In this document: positions 8,104 to 16,930 of the stretch, in pieces
How positions within the stretch are numbered: position 1 is the stretch's first letter
Layout: each line of letters starts with the position of its first letter
Source: an uncultured Bifidobacterium sp.
GTDB lineage: Bacteria; Verrucomicrobiota; Verrucomicrobiia; Limisphaerales; JADJPG01
Direction: 5' to 3'
DNA length: 25,306 nt
Assembly: GCA_964652165.1 (NCBI GenBank)
Contig: CAZZAQ010000002.1
Span: 1 to 25,306, forward strand
Made by a program: the position numbers and the translations under genes
Notes under the pieces: model-generated
The model's input: the letters and a program-made list of their open reading frames with translations, nothing else
Databases searched by the model: none
What the model was told of the DNA's origin: nothing

Positions 8104-11100
8104 ATGCGAACTGCGATACTCTCGACTGCCAGCCTGAGCGGACTCCTGCTCCTGCCCTCCACCCTGACCGCGGCGGATGACAAGCCTGCCGCCGGTCCGG
8201 TCAGCTACTACCGCCAGGTCCGCCCGATCCTCCAGGCCCAATGCCAAGGCTGCCACCAGCCGGCCAAGGCCAAGGGCGGCTACGTGATGACGGATTTCAA
8301 AAAGCTGCTCGCGGGCGGCGAGAACGAAGGCAAGGCGGTCATCGCGGGGCAACCCGGGAAATCGGCGCTCGTGAAGATGATCACCCCGGAGGCGGGTTCT
8401 ACAGACGCGGAGATGCCCAAGGGCAAACCGCCCCTGCCGGCGCACGAGATCGAGCTCATCCGCAATTGGATCACCCAGGGCGCCAGGGACGACACCCCGG
8501 CCGACGCGGTGAAACATTATGACATGGAGCATCCCCCGCTCTATTCGCGGCCTCCGGTGGTCACTTCGATCGATTATTCGCCGGACGGCAAGCTGCTCGC
8601 CGTCGCCGGCTACCACGAAGTGTTGCTGCACAAGGCCGACGGCTCGGGCATCGTCGGCCGGCTTGTCGGGATGTCCGACCGCGTGCAGTCGGTCGCGTTT
8701 TCGCCCGATGGCGCGTCGCTCGCCGTGGCGGGCGGCCAGCCGGGGCGCGTCGGCGAAATACAAATCTGGGACGTGCCGCGGCGCAAGCTGGCGCTCTCCG
8801 TGCCCATCACTTACGACACGGTTTACGGCGTGAGCTGGTCGCCGGACGGGCAGCACGTCGCGTTCGGATGCGCCGACAACACCGTGCGCGCCATCGAGGC
8901 GAAGTCTGGAAAGGAAATCCTCAAGCAAGGTTCCCACAACGATTGGGTGCTCACGACGGTGTTCTCGACCAACGGCAGCCACGTCATCTCCGCCGGCCGC
9001 GACATGTCCACCAAGCTCACCGAACTGTCGACACAGCGATTCGTGGACAACATCACCTCGATTACCCCCGGCCAACTGCGCGGCGGCGTCCACTCGATCG
9101 CCCGCCATCCTGACCGCGATGAAATTCTCGTCGGGGGCGCCGACGGCGTGCCGCAGATCTACCGCGTCTTCCGCAAGACCAAGCGCGCCATCGGCGACAA
9201 CGCCGCGCTCCTCCGCCGCTTCCCGCCGATGGAAGGCCGAATCTTCAGCGTGGACTACAGCCCGGACGGCAAACGCATCGTCGCCGGCAGCGCGCTCAAC
9301 GGCACGGGCCAGGTGCACGTCTTCAGCGCCGAGTTCGATTCCAGGCTTTCGACGAACCTGGTGAAGATTCTCGAAAAAACCGTTGGCGAGCAGAAGCCGG
9401 AGGAGAAGGCGGAGATCGAGAAGTACGTCACGAGCGACGTGAAGCTGCTCGCGACGAACACGCTCCAGTCCGCCGTGTATGCCGTCAGCTTCAGCCCCGA
9501 CGGCTCGCGCATCGCCATCGCCGGCGGCGACGGCCGGGTCCGCCTGCTCAACGCAACGAACGCCGCCGTGGTGAAGGAGTTCGCCGCCGCACCCGGCAGC
9601 CGCCGACGTAAGGAGGCGGATGCGATGGTGAACGTGGGCGGTCCGCCTCCTTACGTCGGCGGCTACGACGCCAAGGAGCCACTCCCGGCCACTGATCAGG
9701 TCGTCGCCCTCGACGTGCAGCCGGCTGCGGTGAAGTTCACCAGCCGCAACGAAACCCTCCAGTTAATCGTCACCGCGAAGCTCGCTTCCGGCGACGCGGC
9801 GGACGTGACCCGCGGGGCTTCATTCAAACTCTCGGGCAAGTTCGCCGCCGTGTCCGCCAACGGCCTCCTCACTCCTCTGTCCAACGGCAAGGGAAAGCTC
9901 GAAATCGCCTTTGCCGGCAAGACCGCGGCCGTGCCCGTGCAAATCGCCGGCCTGAAGAACAGCTTTGACGCCGACTTCGTCCGCGACGTGAACCCGGTGC
10001 TCAGCAAGCTCGGCTGCAATGCCGGAACCTGCCACGGAGCGAAGGAGGGCAAAAACGGCTTCAAGCTCTCGCTCCGCGGCTACGATCCCGAGTTCGACGT
10101 GCGCGCGTTCGCCGACGATTTCGCCGGCCGCCGGGTGAACCTCGCCGCGCCGGACGAGAGCCTGCTGCTGCTCAAGGCCATCGCCGAAGTGCCGCACGAA
10201 GGCAGCCGCCGCGCCGAGCGCGATTCGCGCTATTATCACGTGATGCGCCAGTGGATCGCCGACGGCGCCAGGCTCAATGCCGCGACGCCCAAAGTCGCGC
10301 GAATCGAAGTTTTTCCCCGGAACCCGGTCGTCCAAACCATTGGCTCGCGCCAGCAACTCCGCGTCGTCGCCAGCTACGCCGACGGACTTACTCGCGACGT
10401 GACGGCCGATGCCTTCATCGAGAGCGGCAACACCGATGTGGCCCGCGCCGACGACGGGGGCCTCGTGACGAGCCTGCGCCGCGGCGAGGCGCCCGTTTTG
10501 GCCCGCTACGACGGCGCCTACGCCGCCACCACGCTCACCGTCATGGGCGACCGCGCCGGCTTCGTCTGGGAACAGCCCGAAACCTGGAACCGCATCGACG
10601 AAATCGTCGCCGCCAAATGGCAGCGCATGAAGATTCTTCCCAGTGGCCTCAGCACGGACACCGAGTTCCTCCGCCGCGTCACTCTCGACCTCACCGGCCT
10701 GCCGCCAGGTGCGGACGACGTTCGCAGGTTTCTCGCCGATTCGCGCGACGCGCGCGCCAAGCGCGATGAGTTGATCGACCGCCTCATCGGCAGCCCGGAC
10801 TTCGTGGATCACTGGGCCAACAAGTGGGCCGACCTCCTCCAGGTGAACCGCAAATTCCTTGGCGAAGAAGGGGCGAAACTGTTCCGAGACTGGATTCGTC
10901 AGGAGGTCGAAGCGAACACGCCGTACGATCAGTTTGCCCGGAAAATCCTCACCGCCTCCGGATCGAACAAGGAAAATCCCGCCGCCAGCTACTACAAGAT
11001 TCTCCGCACGCCGGCCGAGACGATGGAGAACACGACGCACTTGTTCCTCGCCACGCGGTTCAACTGCAACAAGTGCCACGACCATCCTTTCGAGCGCTGG

Positions 11101-13236
11101 ACGATGAACCAGTATTACGAAACCGCCGCCTTCTTCGCCCAGGTGAGCCTGAAAAAGGATCCTGCCAGCGGTGACAAAAAGATCGGCGGCACCGCGGTCG
11201 AAGGGAGCAAGCCGCTCTACGAAATCGTTTCCGACGCGACCACCGGCGACGTGACGCACGAACGCACGCGCAGGGTGACGCCGCCGGAGTTTCCGTTCGC
11301 GACGAAGTTCGATGCCGCGGACAATGCGCCTCGCCGCGAGCGGCTGGCCGCATGGATGACCTCGGCGGACAACCGTTATTTCGCCTCAAGCTTCGCCAAC
11401 CGCATCTGGGGCTACCTCACTGGGGTGGGCATCATCGAGCCGCTGGACGACATCCGCGCCGGCAACCCGCCGTCGAACCCCGAGCTGCTCGAATACCTGA
11501 CCGCCGAGTTCGTGAAGGGCGGCTTCGACGCCCGGCGCCTGATGCGGCTCATCTGCAAATCGCGCACCTACCAGCTTTCATTCGAGGCGAACCGGTGGAA
11601 CGAGGACGACAAGATCAACTTCTCGCACGCGCTCCCGCGCCGGCTCCCGGCCGAGACACTGTTCGACGCCGTATTCAAAGTGACCGGCAGCACGCCAAAC
11701 TTCCCCGGCGTGAAGGCCGGCACGCGCGCCTCGCAGTTACCGGACGCGGCGGTGGACGTTTCGAGCGGCCTGCTCGCCAACCTCGGCCGCCCGGCCCGCG
11801 AGTCCGCCTGCGAATGTGAGCGCAGCAGCGACATGCGCCTCAGCTCCGTCATGGCGATGTTGAGCGGCCCGACTGTCAGCGCCGCTATTTCCGATCCGAA
11901 GAATGCGATCGCCGACCTCGTGCAGCGCGAGTCGGACGACCGCAAACTGGTGGATGAATTGTTCCTCCGCGTTTTCAACCGCGCGCCGACGGAGAAGGAA
12001 TTGAAGGCGGCGCTTGCAACGATGGGCCGACTCGACGGCGACCACAAAGGCCTCACCGATGCCCTCGAAACGAAGGAGCGGGAGCAAGTGCCGATCATGG
12101 CGGCGAAGGAACGGCAGCGCGAAGCCAACATCGCCGACGCCAGGAAGGCGCTCGCCGACTACGAGAAAGAGATCGAGCCGCGAGTGAAGGAGGAGGAGAG
12201 CAAGCGCCTGGAGAAGCTCGTCGCCGCGGAGACGGCGCTCAATGAGAGTGAAGCCCAACTGCCCGCGCGTCTCGAGGCCTGGGAAGCCAAGCTCACTGAA
12301 ACCAACTTCCTGGCGACGTGGACGCGGCTTGAGCCGAAGGAATTAACCGCGACCGGCGGACCGAAGCTGGAGAAGCTCCCCGACGGTTCCATTCTCGCTT
12401 CCGGTCCGACGGGCAAGGACAACCAGACCGATTACACGCTCACCTTCAGCACTCCCGTCACCAACATCACCGGCGTGATGATTGAGGTGTTGCCCCACGA
12501 GAGCCTGACCAAGTTCGGCCCCGGACGATCCAAGGACGGCAACTTCGTGCTGACTGAATTGTTGCTCGACTGGCTCCCAAAGAAAGGCGCCAAGGCCGCG
12601 AAGGAAACCCGCGCCGAATTCAACGACGCCCGCGCCGACTTTTTCCAGAGCAAGTTCGACGTGAAAGGGGCCATCGACGGGAAGAGCGACGCCGGCACCG
12701 AGAATGGCTGGGCCATCGGCAAGCAAGGCGCCCGGCCGCACCACGCAACCTTCAGCCTCAAGGAGCCCATCCTCACGACAAACGGCGCGACGCTGAAGCT
12801 CACCTTGCGCCAGCGATTCCGCGACACCCTCAGCATCGGCCGCTGTCGCCTCTACGTCACCTCGTCCGCCAAACCGCTGGAGTTCGGCCTGCCGACGGAC
12901 GTGGCCGCCGCCGTCAAGACCCCCGCCGCAGCGCGGAGCGCTGGCGAAACGAAGACGCTGCTCGACCACTTCCGCACGGTCGTGGACGACGAGATTCACA
13001 AGATGGAGCAAACCCATTTCACGGCCAGGCAGCCGCTGCCGACCGACCCGAAAGTGCTCGAACACCGGGCCACCGTCGAGCGGGTCAGCCGCCCCGTCCC
13101 GCTCGATTCGAAGCTCGTCCAGCTCCGGGACGACGCGAAAGCCAGCGCGAAGCAGCTTGAAAACCGCCGCCTCACCGCCGCGCAGGACCTGGCATGGGCG
13201 CTGATTAACAACCCGGCGTTTTTGTTCAATTACTGA
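8104..13236 (+). CDS. Large exported multidomain protein: planctomycete-type cytochrome c, WD40 propeller, Ig-like (Big_2), DUF1549, DUF1553, coiled coil and C-terminal beta domain
   Basis: Signal peptide MRTAILSTASLSGLLLLPSTLTAA; VSYYRQVRPILQAQCQGCH; repeated YSPDG/FSPDG WD40 blades; CNAGTCHG; FLRRVTLDLTGLPP, HWANKWADLL, CNKCHDHPF; FANRIWGYLTGVGII, CECER, QDLAWALINNPAFLFNY. Confidence 0.92.
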   Translation: MRTAILSTASLSGLLLLPSTLTAADDKPAAGPVSYYRQVRPILQAQCQGCHQPAKAKGGYVMTDFKKLLAGGENEGKAVIAGQPGKSALVKMITPEAGSTDAEMPKGKPPLPAHEIELIRNWITQGARDDTPADAVKHYDMEHPPLYSRPPVVTSIDYSPDGKLLAVAGYHEVLLHKADGSGIVGRLVGMSDRVQSVAFSPDGASLAVAGGQPGRVGEIQIWDVPRRKLALSVPITYDTVYGVSWSPDGQHVAFGCADNTVRAIEAKSGKEILKQGSHNDWVLTTVFSTNGSHVISAGRDMSTKLTELSTQRFVDNITSITPGQLRGGVHSIARHPDRDEILVGGADGVPQIYRVFRKTKRAIGDNAALLRRFPPMEGRIFSVDYSPDGKRIVAGSALNGTGQVHVFSAEFDSRLSTNLVKILEKTVGEQKPEEKAEIEKYVTSDVKLLATNTLQSAVYAVSFSPDGSRIAIAGGDGRVRLLNATNAAVVKEFAAAPGSRRRKEADAMVNVGGPPPYVGGYDAKEPLPATDQVVALDVQPAAVKFTSRNETLQLIVTAKLASGDAADVTRGASFKLSGKFAAVSANGLLTPLSNGKGKLEIAFAGKTAAVPVQIAGLKNSFDADFVRDVNPVLSKLGCNAGTCHGAKEGKNGFKLSLRGYDPEFDVRAFADDFAGRRVNLAAPDESLLLLKAIAEVPHEGSRRAERDSRYYHVMRQWIADGARLNAATPKVARIEVFPRNPVVQTIGSRQQLRVVASYADGLTRDVTADAFIESGNTDVARADDGGLVTSLRRGEAPVLARYDGAYAATTLTVMGDRAGFVWEQPETWNRIDEIVAAKWQRMKILPSGLSTDTEFLRRVTLDLTGLPPGADDVRRFLADSRDARAKRDELIDRLIGSPDFVDHWANKWADLLQVNRKFLGEEGAKLFRDWIRQEVEANTPYDQFARKILTASGSNKENPAASYYKILRTPAETMENTTHLFLATRFNCNKCHDHPFERWTMNQYYETAAFFAQVSLKKDPASGDKKIGGTAVEGSKPLYEIVSDATTGDVTHERTRRVTPPEFPFATKFDAADNAPRRERLAAWMTSADNRYFASSFANRIWGYLTGVGIIEPLDDIRAGNPPSNPELLEYLTAEFVKGGFDARRLMRLICKSRTYQLSFEANRWNEDDKINFSHALPRRLPAETLFDAVFKVTGSTPNFPGVKAGTRASQLPDAAVDVSSGLLANLGRPARESACECERSSDMRLSSVMAMLSGPTVSAAISDPKNAIADLVQRESDDRKLVDELFLRVFNRAPTEKELKAALATMGRLDGDHKGLTDALETKEREQVPIMAAKERQREANIADARKALADYEKEIEPRVKEEESKRLEKLVAAETALNESEAQLPARLEAWEAKLTETNFLATWTRLEPKELTATGGPKLEKLPDGSILASGPTGKDNQTDYTLTFSTPVTNITGVMIEVLPHESLTKFGPGRSKDGNFVLTELLLDWLPKKGAKAAKETRAEFNDARADFFQSKFDVKGAIDGKSDAGTENGWAIGKQGARPHHATFSLKEPILTTNGATLKLTLRQRFRDTLSIGRCRLYVTSSAKPLEFGLPTDVAAAVKTPAAARSAGETKTLLDHFRTVVDDEIHKMEQTHFTARQPLPTDPKVLEHRATVERVSRPVPLDSKLVQLRDDAKASAKQLENRRLTAAQDLAWALINNPAFLFNY
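9598..9664. repeat. REP doublet inserted in frame inside the DUF1549/1553 CDS
   Basis: Perfect 23-bp inverted repeat AGCCGCCGACGTAAGGAGGCGGA (9598-9620) / 9642-9664; same family as the intergenic copy at 1431-1498. Confidence 0.9.
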
Positions 13237-13300
13237 CAGGGAGATGATCGCTACTCGCTCCATCGCCTGCCAACTTGACCCGCGTAAAAGTCGCGAGTGC

Positions 13301-13711
13301 CTACGGCTCGACGATGTTCAGCGTCGGCGCGATGATCGCGAAGTCCGCACGGTTGCGAGTGATGAGCCCTTGAAAGCGCAGAGCGAACGCGGCAACAAGC
13401 ACGTCGGCAAGCGGGCGCTTGGGCACGGCTCCGCCGCGCTTGCGAAGAATGTAGTCGTGCCAGAGCCGGTGCGAAGCTTGAGTATCGGCGTGAATCCACG
13501 GCTCCGCGAATTGAATCTTCATTCCAGCCAACCATCCTTCTTGCTGAAGCGCATCGCCGTGAAAGGTGATGGCCATTTCCGCAAACACAACGGGTGGAAT
13601 GACCAAGCCGTCAGCAAGATGATCCCGCAAGCATGCACTCGACGCGCGACCAAACTCGGGATCGGCCAGGCGCACATCCAGCACGACCGACGTGTCAACA
13701 ACCCAAGCCAA
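13301..13711 (-). CDS. vapC: PIN-domain (VapC-like) toxin
   Basis: WVVDTSVVLD, VFAEM, LADVLVAAFA, LITRNRADF acidic PIN motifs; TTG start abuts the upstream stop codon. Confidence 0.85.
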   Translation of the reverse strand: MAWVVDTSVVLDVRLADPEFGRASSACLRDHLADGLVIPPVVFAEMAITFHGDALQQEGWLAGMKIQFAEPWIHADTQASHRLWHDYILRKRGGAVPKRPLADVLVAAFALRFQGLITRNRADFAIIAPTLNIVEP

Positions 13712-13990
13712 TCAGACCTTTTCGCCCTCGCGCAACTCGCGCATCAGTTCGTCGGTTGTGGCGCGGATCGGGCAGGGGAACTGTTCGTTCAGGCGCCGGA
13801 TGCGCTCCATGAACTCCTCAAGGCTTTCCTGCTCGACCTTCGCGTCGGGAGCAGGGTCGGTGGCGCCGTTCGTGGTTTCCAACTGCACGATTACCTTCAC
13901 CTTCGAGGTCGGCAGGGTCGCCAGCGGCGCGTCCAGTTCCAGATGGGTCGCGTCCGTCGCGCGCGCGGTGGTTTCAAGCAGCGTTCTCAC
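13712..13990 (-). CDS. Putative cognate antitoxin (beta-rich N-terminus, acidic helical C-terminus)
   Basis: 92 aa directly upstream of and translationally coupled to the PIN gene; N-terminus [18 protein letters not shown]...KVKVIVQL resembles swapped-hairpin/AF2212-like antitoxins. Confidence 0.7.
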   Translation of the reverse strand: MRTLLETTARATDATHLELDAPLATLPTSKVKVIVQLETTNGATDPAPDAKVEQESLEEFMERIRRLNEQFPCPIRATTDELMRELREGEKV

Positions 13991-13996
13991 GGACGA

Positions 13997-14025
13997 ACAT
14001 TACCGCTCTCTGGCAACGCCGGCAA
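13997..14025 (-). promoter_or_regulatory. Putative leaderless-type promoter of the TA operon
   Basis: Minus strand TTGCCG(14025-14020)-17 nt-TAATGT(14002-13997)-6 nt-GTG(13990). Confidence 0.55.
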
Positions 14026-14073
14026 ATCCTCATTCCAGTTCTCCCTAACCGCAGACTCCAACCCATCACGCTT

Positions 14074-15543
14074 ATGATTCACCTCCCCGGCGGCACCTGT
14101 AGCGACCTGTGCAATTCTGACCTCAGACTCTCCCGGCGCGCACTGTTGCGGCTCGGCGGCTCGTCCATCCTCGGGCTTTCGCTCGGCGGAATGTTCCAGC
14201 TCCGCGCGATGGCCGGCGAGGCCCGCAAGGGGGGCGGCCCAGGCTGGGGCAAGGCCAAAAGTGTCATCATGGTTTATCTCCAGGGCGGCCCGTCGCACCT
14301 TGACCTGTGGGACCCGAAGGAAAACGTCCCCGACAAGATTCGCTCCGAGTTCAAGGCCATCCCCACGAAGATTCCCGGCATTCAATTCACCGAAATCCTC
14401 CCGCGCCTGGCGAAGGTGAACGACAAGATGACGATGATCCGGTCGATGAGCTACACGCCCAACGGCTTGTTCAACCACACTGCGGCCATCTACCAAATCA
14501 TGACCGGTTACACGACCGACAAGGTCAGCCCGTCCGGCCAACTCGAGCCGCCCAACGCGAAGGACTTCCCGAACTTCGGCTCCAATATCATCCGCTTCAA
14601 GCCTGTCACCGAGCCGATGCTTCCCTTCGTCATGCTCCCGCGCCCGCTCCAGGAGAGCAACGTCGTCGGCAAAGGCGGTGGCGCGGGCTTCCTCGGCAAG
14701 GCCTTCGATCCCTACACGCTCTACCCGGAGGGAGACGACATGAACTTGTCCAAGATGGACAACATCAAGACCGACGACCTCAAGCTGCCGCCCGAAGTCT
14801 TCAGCGTCCGCCTCGAACGCCGCGCCAAACTTCGCGACGCGCTCACCGAGGCGATGCCGGAGATCGAGAAGGCCGTCGAGTCCTACAACCTCGATTCCTA
14901 TTACGACCAGGCGCTGAACCTCATCGTCTCGGGCCGCGCCCGCGAAGCGTTTGACCTGACGCGCGAAACCGAGAAAGTCCGCGAGTTCTACGGCCGGAAC
15001 ACGTTTGGCCAAAGCTGCCTGTTGGCTCGCCGCCTCGTTGAAGCCGGCACCCGCGTCGTCGAAGTCGTCTGGCCGAAGGTCGCCAACTCCGACAACCATT
15101 CCTGGGACCACCACGTCGGCCTGACCAAGCGCATGAAAGAGCAGAGCGGCCCAATGCTCGACACCGGCTTCTCCGCGCTCATCGAGGACCTCGACGAGCG
15201 CGGCCTGCTTGCCGACACGCTCGTCGTGGCCATCGGCGAATTCGGACGCAGCCCGGAGAAGGGCGTCAGCACCAGCGGCAACGGCAACAGCGCCGACGGG
15301 CGCGATCACTGGCCCTATTGCTACACCGCGTGCATCGCTGGCGCCGGCATCAAGCGCGGCTACGTCCACGGAAAATCCGACAAGACCGGCTCCAGCCCCG
15401 CCGAAGACCCGACGCACCCAATGGAACTGCTGGCCACCATCTACCACGCCATCGGCATCGACCCCGAGACCATCGTTTACAACCATCTCAAGCAACCGCG
15501 CGAACTGGTAAAGGCCAAGGCCGTGACGAAGCTCTTCGCCTAG
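14074..15543 (+). CDS. DUF1501 domain protein (sulfatase-like fold, putative Tat substrate)
   Basis: SRRALL twin-arginine motif; [55 protein letters not shown] motifs. Confidence 0.93.
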   Translation: MIHLPGGTCSDLCNSDLRLSRRALLRLGGSSILGLSLGGMFQLRAMAGEARKGGGPGWGKAKSVIMVYLQGGPSHLDLWDPKENVPDKIRSEFKAIPTKIPGIQFTEILPRLAKVNDKMTMIRSMSYTPNGLFNHTAAIYQIMTGYTTDKVSPSGQLEPPNAKDFPNFGSNIIRFKPVTEPMLPFVMLPRPLQESNVVGKGGGAGFLGKAFDPYTLYPEGDDMNLSKMDNIKTDDLKLPPEVFSVRLERRAKLRDALTEAMPEIEKAVESYNLDSYYDQALNLIVSGRAREAFDLTRETEKVREFYGRNTFGQSCLLARRLVEAGTRVVEVVWPKVANSDNHSWDHHVGLTKRMKEQSGPMLDTGFSALIEDLDERGLLADTLVVAIGEFGRSPEKGVSTSGNGNSADGRDHWPYCYTACIAGAGIKRGYVHGKSDKTGSSPAEDPTHPMELLATIYHAIGIDPETIVYNHLKQPRELVKAKAVTKLFA

Positions 15544-15602
15544 AAAGGGGTCTCTAACAATCGACAACGTAGTCGGGCGGAGGACACTACAGCCGACTTA
15601 CG
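15543..15602. repeat. Cassette-delimiting repeat, copy 1 (right arm degenerate)
   Basis: GAAAGGGGTCTCTAACAATCGACAAC...AGTCGGGCGGAGGACACTACAGCCGACT; starts at the last base of the DUF1501 stop codon. Confidence 0.85.
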
Positions 15603-15773
15603 ACGCTATTGAGACTGAAAATTTTCCGGCCCGGATTTTGAAAGTCTCAAGGAGAGGACTTCATTTTCCGGTGCCGGGATTCAGCAAAGTATCTGCTTCA
15701 TTTCTTGACCCCTGATAGTTGAAAGCCCATCGGCTTTTCAGGTCACAAAAAGTAATTTTATATTCAGTTCAGT

Positions 15774-16295
15774 TTATCTTTTCGGTTTCGCCTTCCGTGC
15801 CAATTCTTCTTTAATGGCTGACCTAATTGAATAGGTGTATCTTTTAATCCTCTTACCCCTAACCTGCTTGAGTAGATCGGCAAGGTTTGCAGGCATAGGA
15901 CCGTTCGGGTTCCAATCCGGGTTTATGGTGAACCTTTCCAACTCCGTCCAGTACAGCGTGGTTTCATAGTCATCATTTTTGTTGTACTCGCAACGCAAGT
16001 CTTCCACTCTTCTGGCATGGAGATAAATCTTTGGAAACTGTCCGTAGTAGTGCTCCGGGTTTATGTCCCGGTACGCTCTCATAAAGTAAGGGTCTTTGCC
16101 CGTTGAAGCGAAGCGACTCATCTTCTCGCAGAGTGTGTAAGTGTACTCGGAAGAAAACAGAATAGGGAGCAAGAATCCGATAGTGTCTTTGGCGATTTGC
16201 GAGCGCAGGATTGACACGACTTTGCATCTTCCGTTGTGTTCCGACTCCGATCCCTCCCATGTAATCAACCATGCCTTTTTGCCTTTAGATTTCAT
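15774..16295 (-). CDS. Hypothetical protein (173 aa), lower-GC accessory gene
   Basis: Longest ORF of an AT-rich segment, ATG start, protein-like composition; no family recognised. Confidence 0.75.
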   Translation of the reverse strand: MKSKGKKAWLITWEGSESEHNGRCKVVSILRSQIAKDTIGFLLPILFSSEYTYTLCEKMSRFASTGKDPYFMRAYRDINPEHYYGQFPKIYLHARRVEDLRCEYNKNDDYETTLYWTELERFTINPDWNPNGPMPANLADLLKQVRGKRIKRYTYSIRSAIKEELARKAKPKR

Positions 16296-16300
16296 GGCGG

Positions 16301-16329
16301 ACTCTGGTCACGCTCCCGCCAGCGGTCAA
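16301..16329 (-). promoter_or_regulatory. Putative leaderless-type promoter of the 173-aa gene
   Basis: Minus strand TTGACC-17 nt-CAGAGT-5 nt-ATG(16295). Confidence 0.4.
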
Positions 16330-16366
16330 CCTTGACTTTGCCAGCCCGATCCCTTTTAGTGGATGA

Positions 16367-16819
16367 ATGAATATGAAAACTTCAGATTCAGTAGTTTCGG
16401 TGCCGGGCAGATTTCTCACTCCTGATGATCCCCATTGCTATTGTTCACTCGCCAAAGATTATCTGAACGCCTCAGCGATCCTAAATACCAATTTCAAAAA
16501 TGCGCCTCAATGGCCTACGTTTTCTTGTACTTGCCAATCGTTGGAACTTTTTCTGAAAGCATTTTTGAGGGTACAGGGCATTTCAGCAGATGACCTAAAA
16601 TGGAAATTTGGTCATGATCTTCGGTTACTTTTCGACAAGGCTAGGGAACTCGGATTGAGTTTCGATTCAATTGATAAACTTGGAAAGTTTATCCCCTTAA
16701 TCAACCAAGCCCATAAAGATCGTGATTTCCAATACGAGAAAATAGGAGAACGGGAATTGCCATTTTCTAATGACCTTATTTCGCTTGTGAAAGAACTCGG
16801 CCAAAGACTTGATTACTGA
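16367..16819 (+). CDS. HEPN-domain protein (150 aa)
   Basis: LAKDYLNASAIL...CQSLELFLKAFL...KFGHDLRLLF pattern typical of the HEPN four-helix bundle; AT-rich. Confidence 0.75.
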   Translation: MNMKTSDSVVSVPGRFLTPDDPHCYCSLAKDYLNASAILNTNFKNAPQWPTFSCTCQSLELFLKAFLRVQGISADDLKWKFGHDLRLLFDKARELGLSFDSIDKLGKFIPLINQAHKDRDFQYEKIGERELPFSNDLISLVKELGQRLDY

Positions 16820-16840
16820 ACCAGCTTAGTAAACAATTCC

Positions 16841-16930
16841 GACAGGGGTCAGTTCTAACAAACGACAATGATTCACGCAGTCGGGCGGAGGACACTACAG
16901 CCGAATGGGATTGTCAATTCTTAGAACCCC
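16841..16930. repeat. Cassette-delimiting repeat, copy 2
   Basis: GACAGGGGTCAGTTCTAACAAACGACAATGATTCACGCAGTCGGGCGGAGGACACTACAGCCGAATGGGATTGTCAATTCTTAGAACCCC; arms GTTCTAA/TTAGAAC and GACAAT/ATTGTC. Confidence 0.9.

Noticed and set aside
35-15567. Long antisense/shadow ORFs (e.g. 35-1327, 1909-3015, 8056-9318, 9820-11259, 13987-15567; also 17656-19410 and 22867-24129)
   Set aside because: They overlap well-supported genes, have no recognisable motifs, and are expected in high-GC DNA.
16841-16930. Canonical integron attC call
   Set aside because: No clear extrahelical base in the L box, the right arm of copy 2 reads CTTAGAA rather than GTT, copy 3 lacks TAAC, and no intI is in the window; reported only as attC-like.
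16845-16930. Tn3-family ends (GGGG...CCCC)
   Set aside because: No 38-bp Tn3-like IR consensus, no 5-bp target duplication (CGACA vs ATTCC) and no transposase or resolvase.
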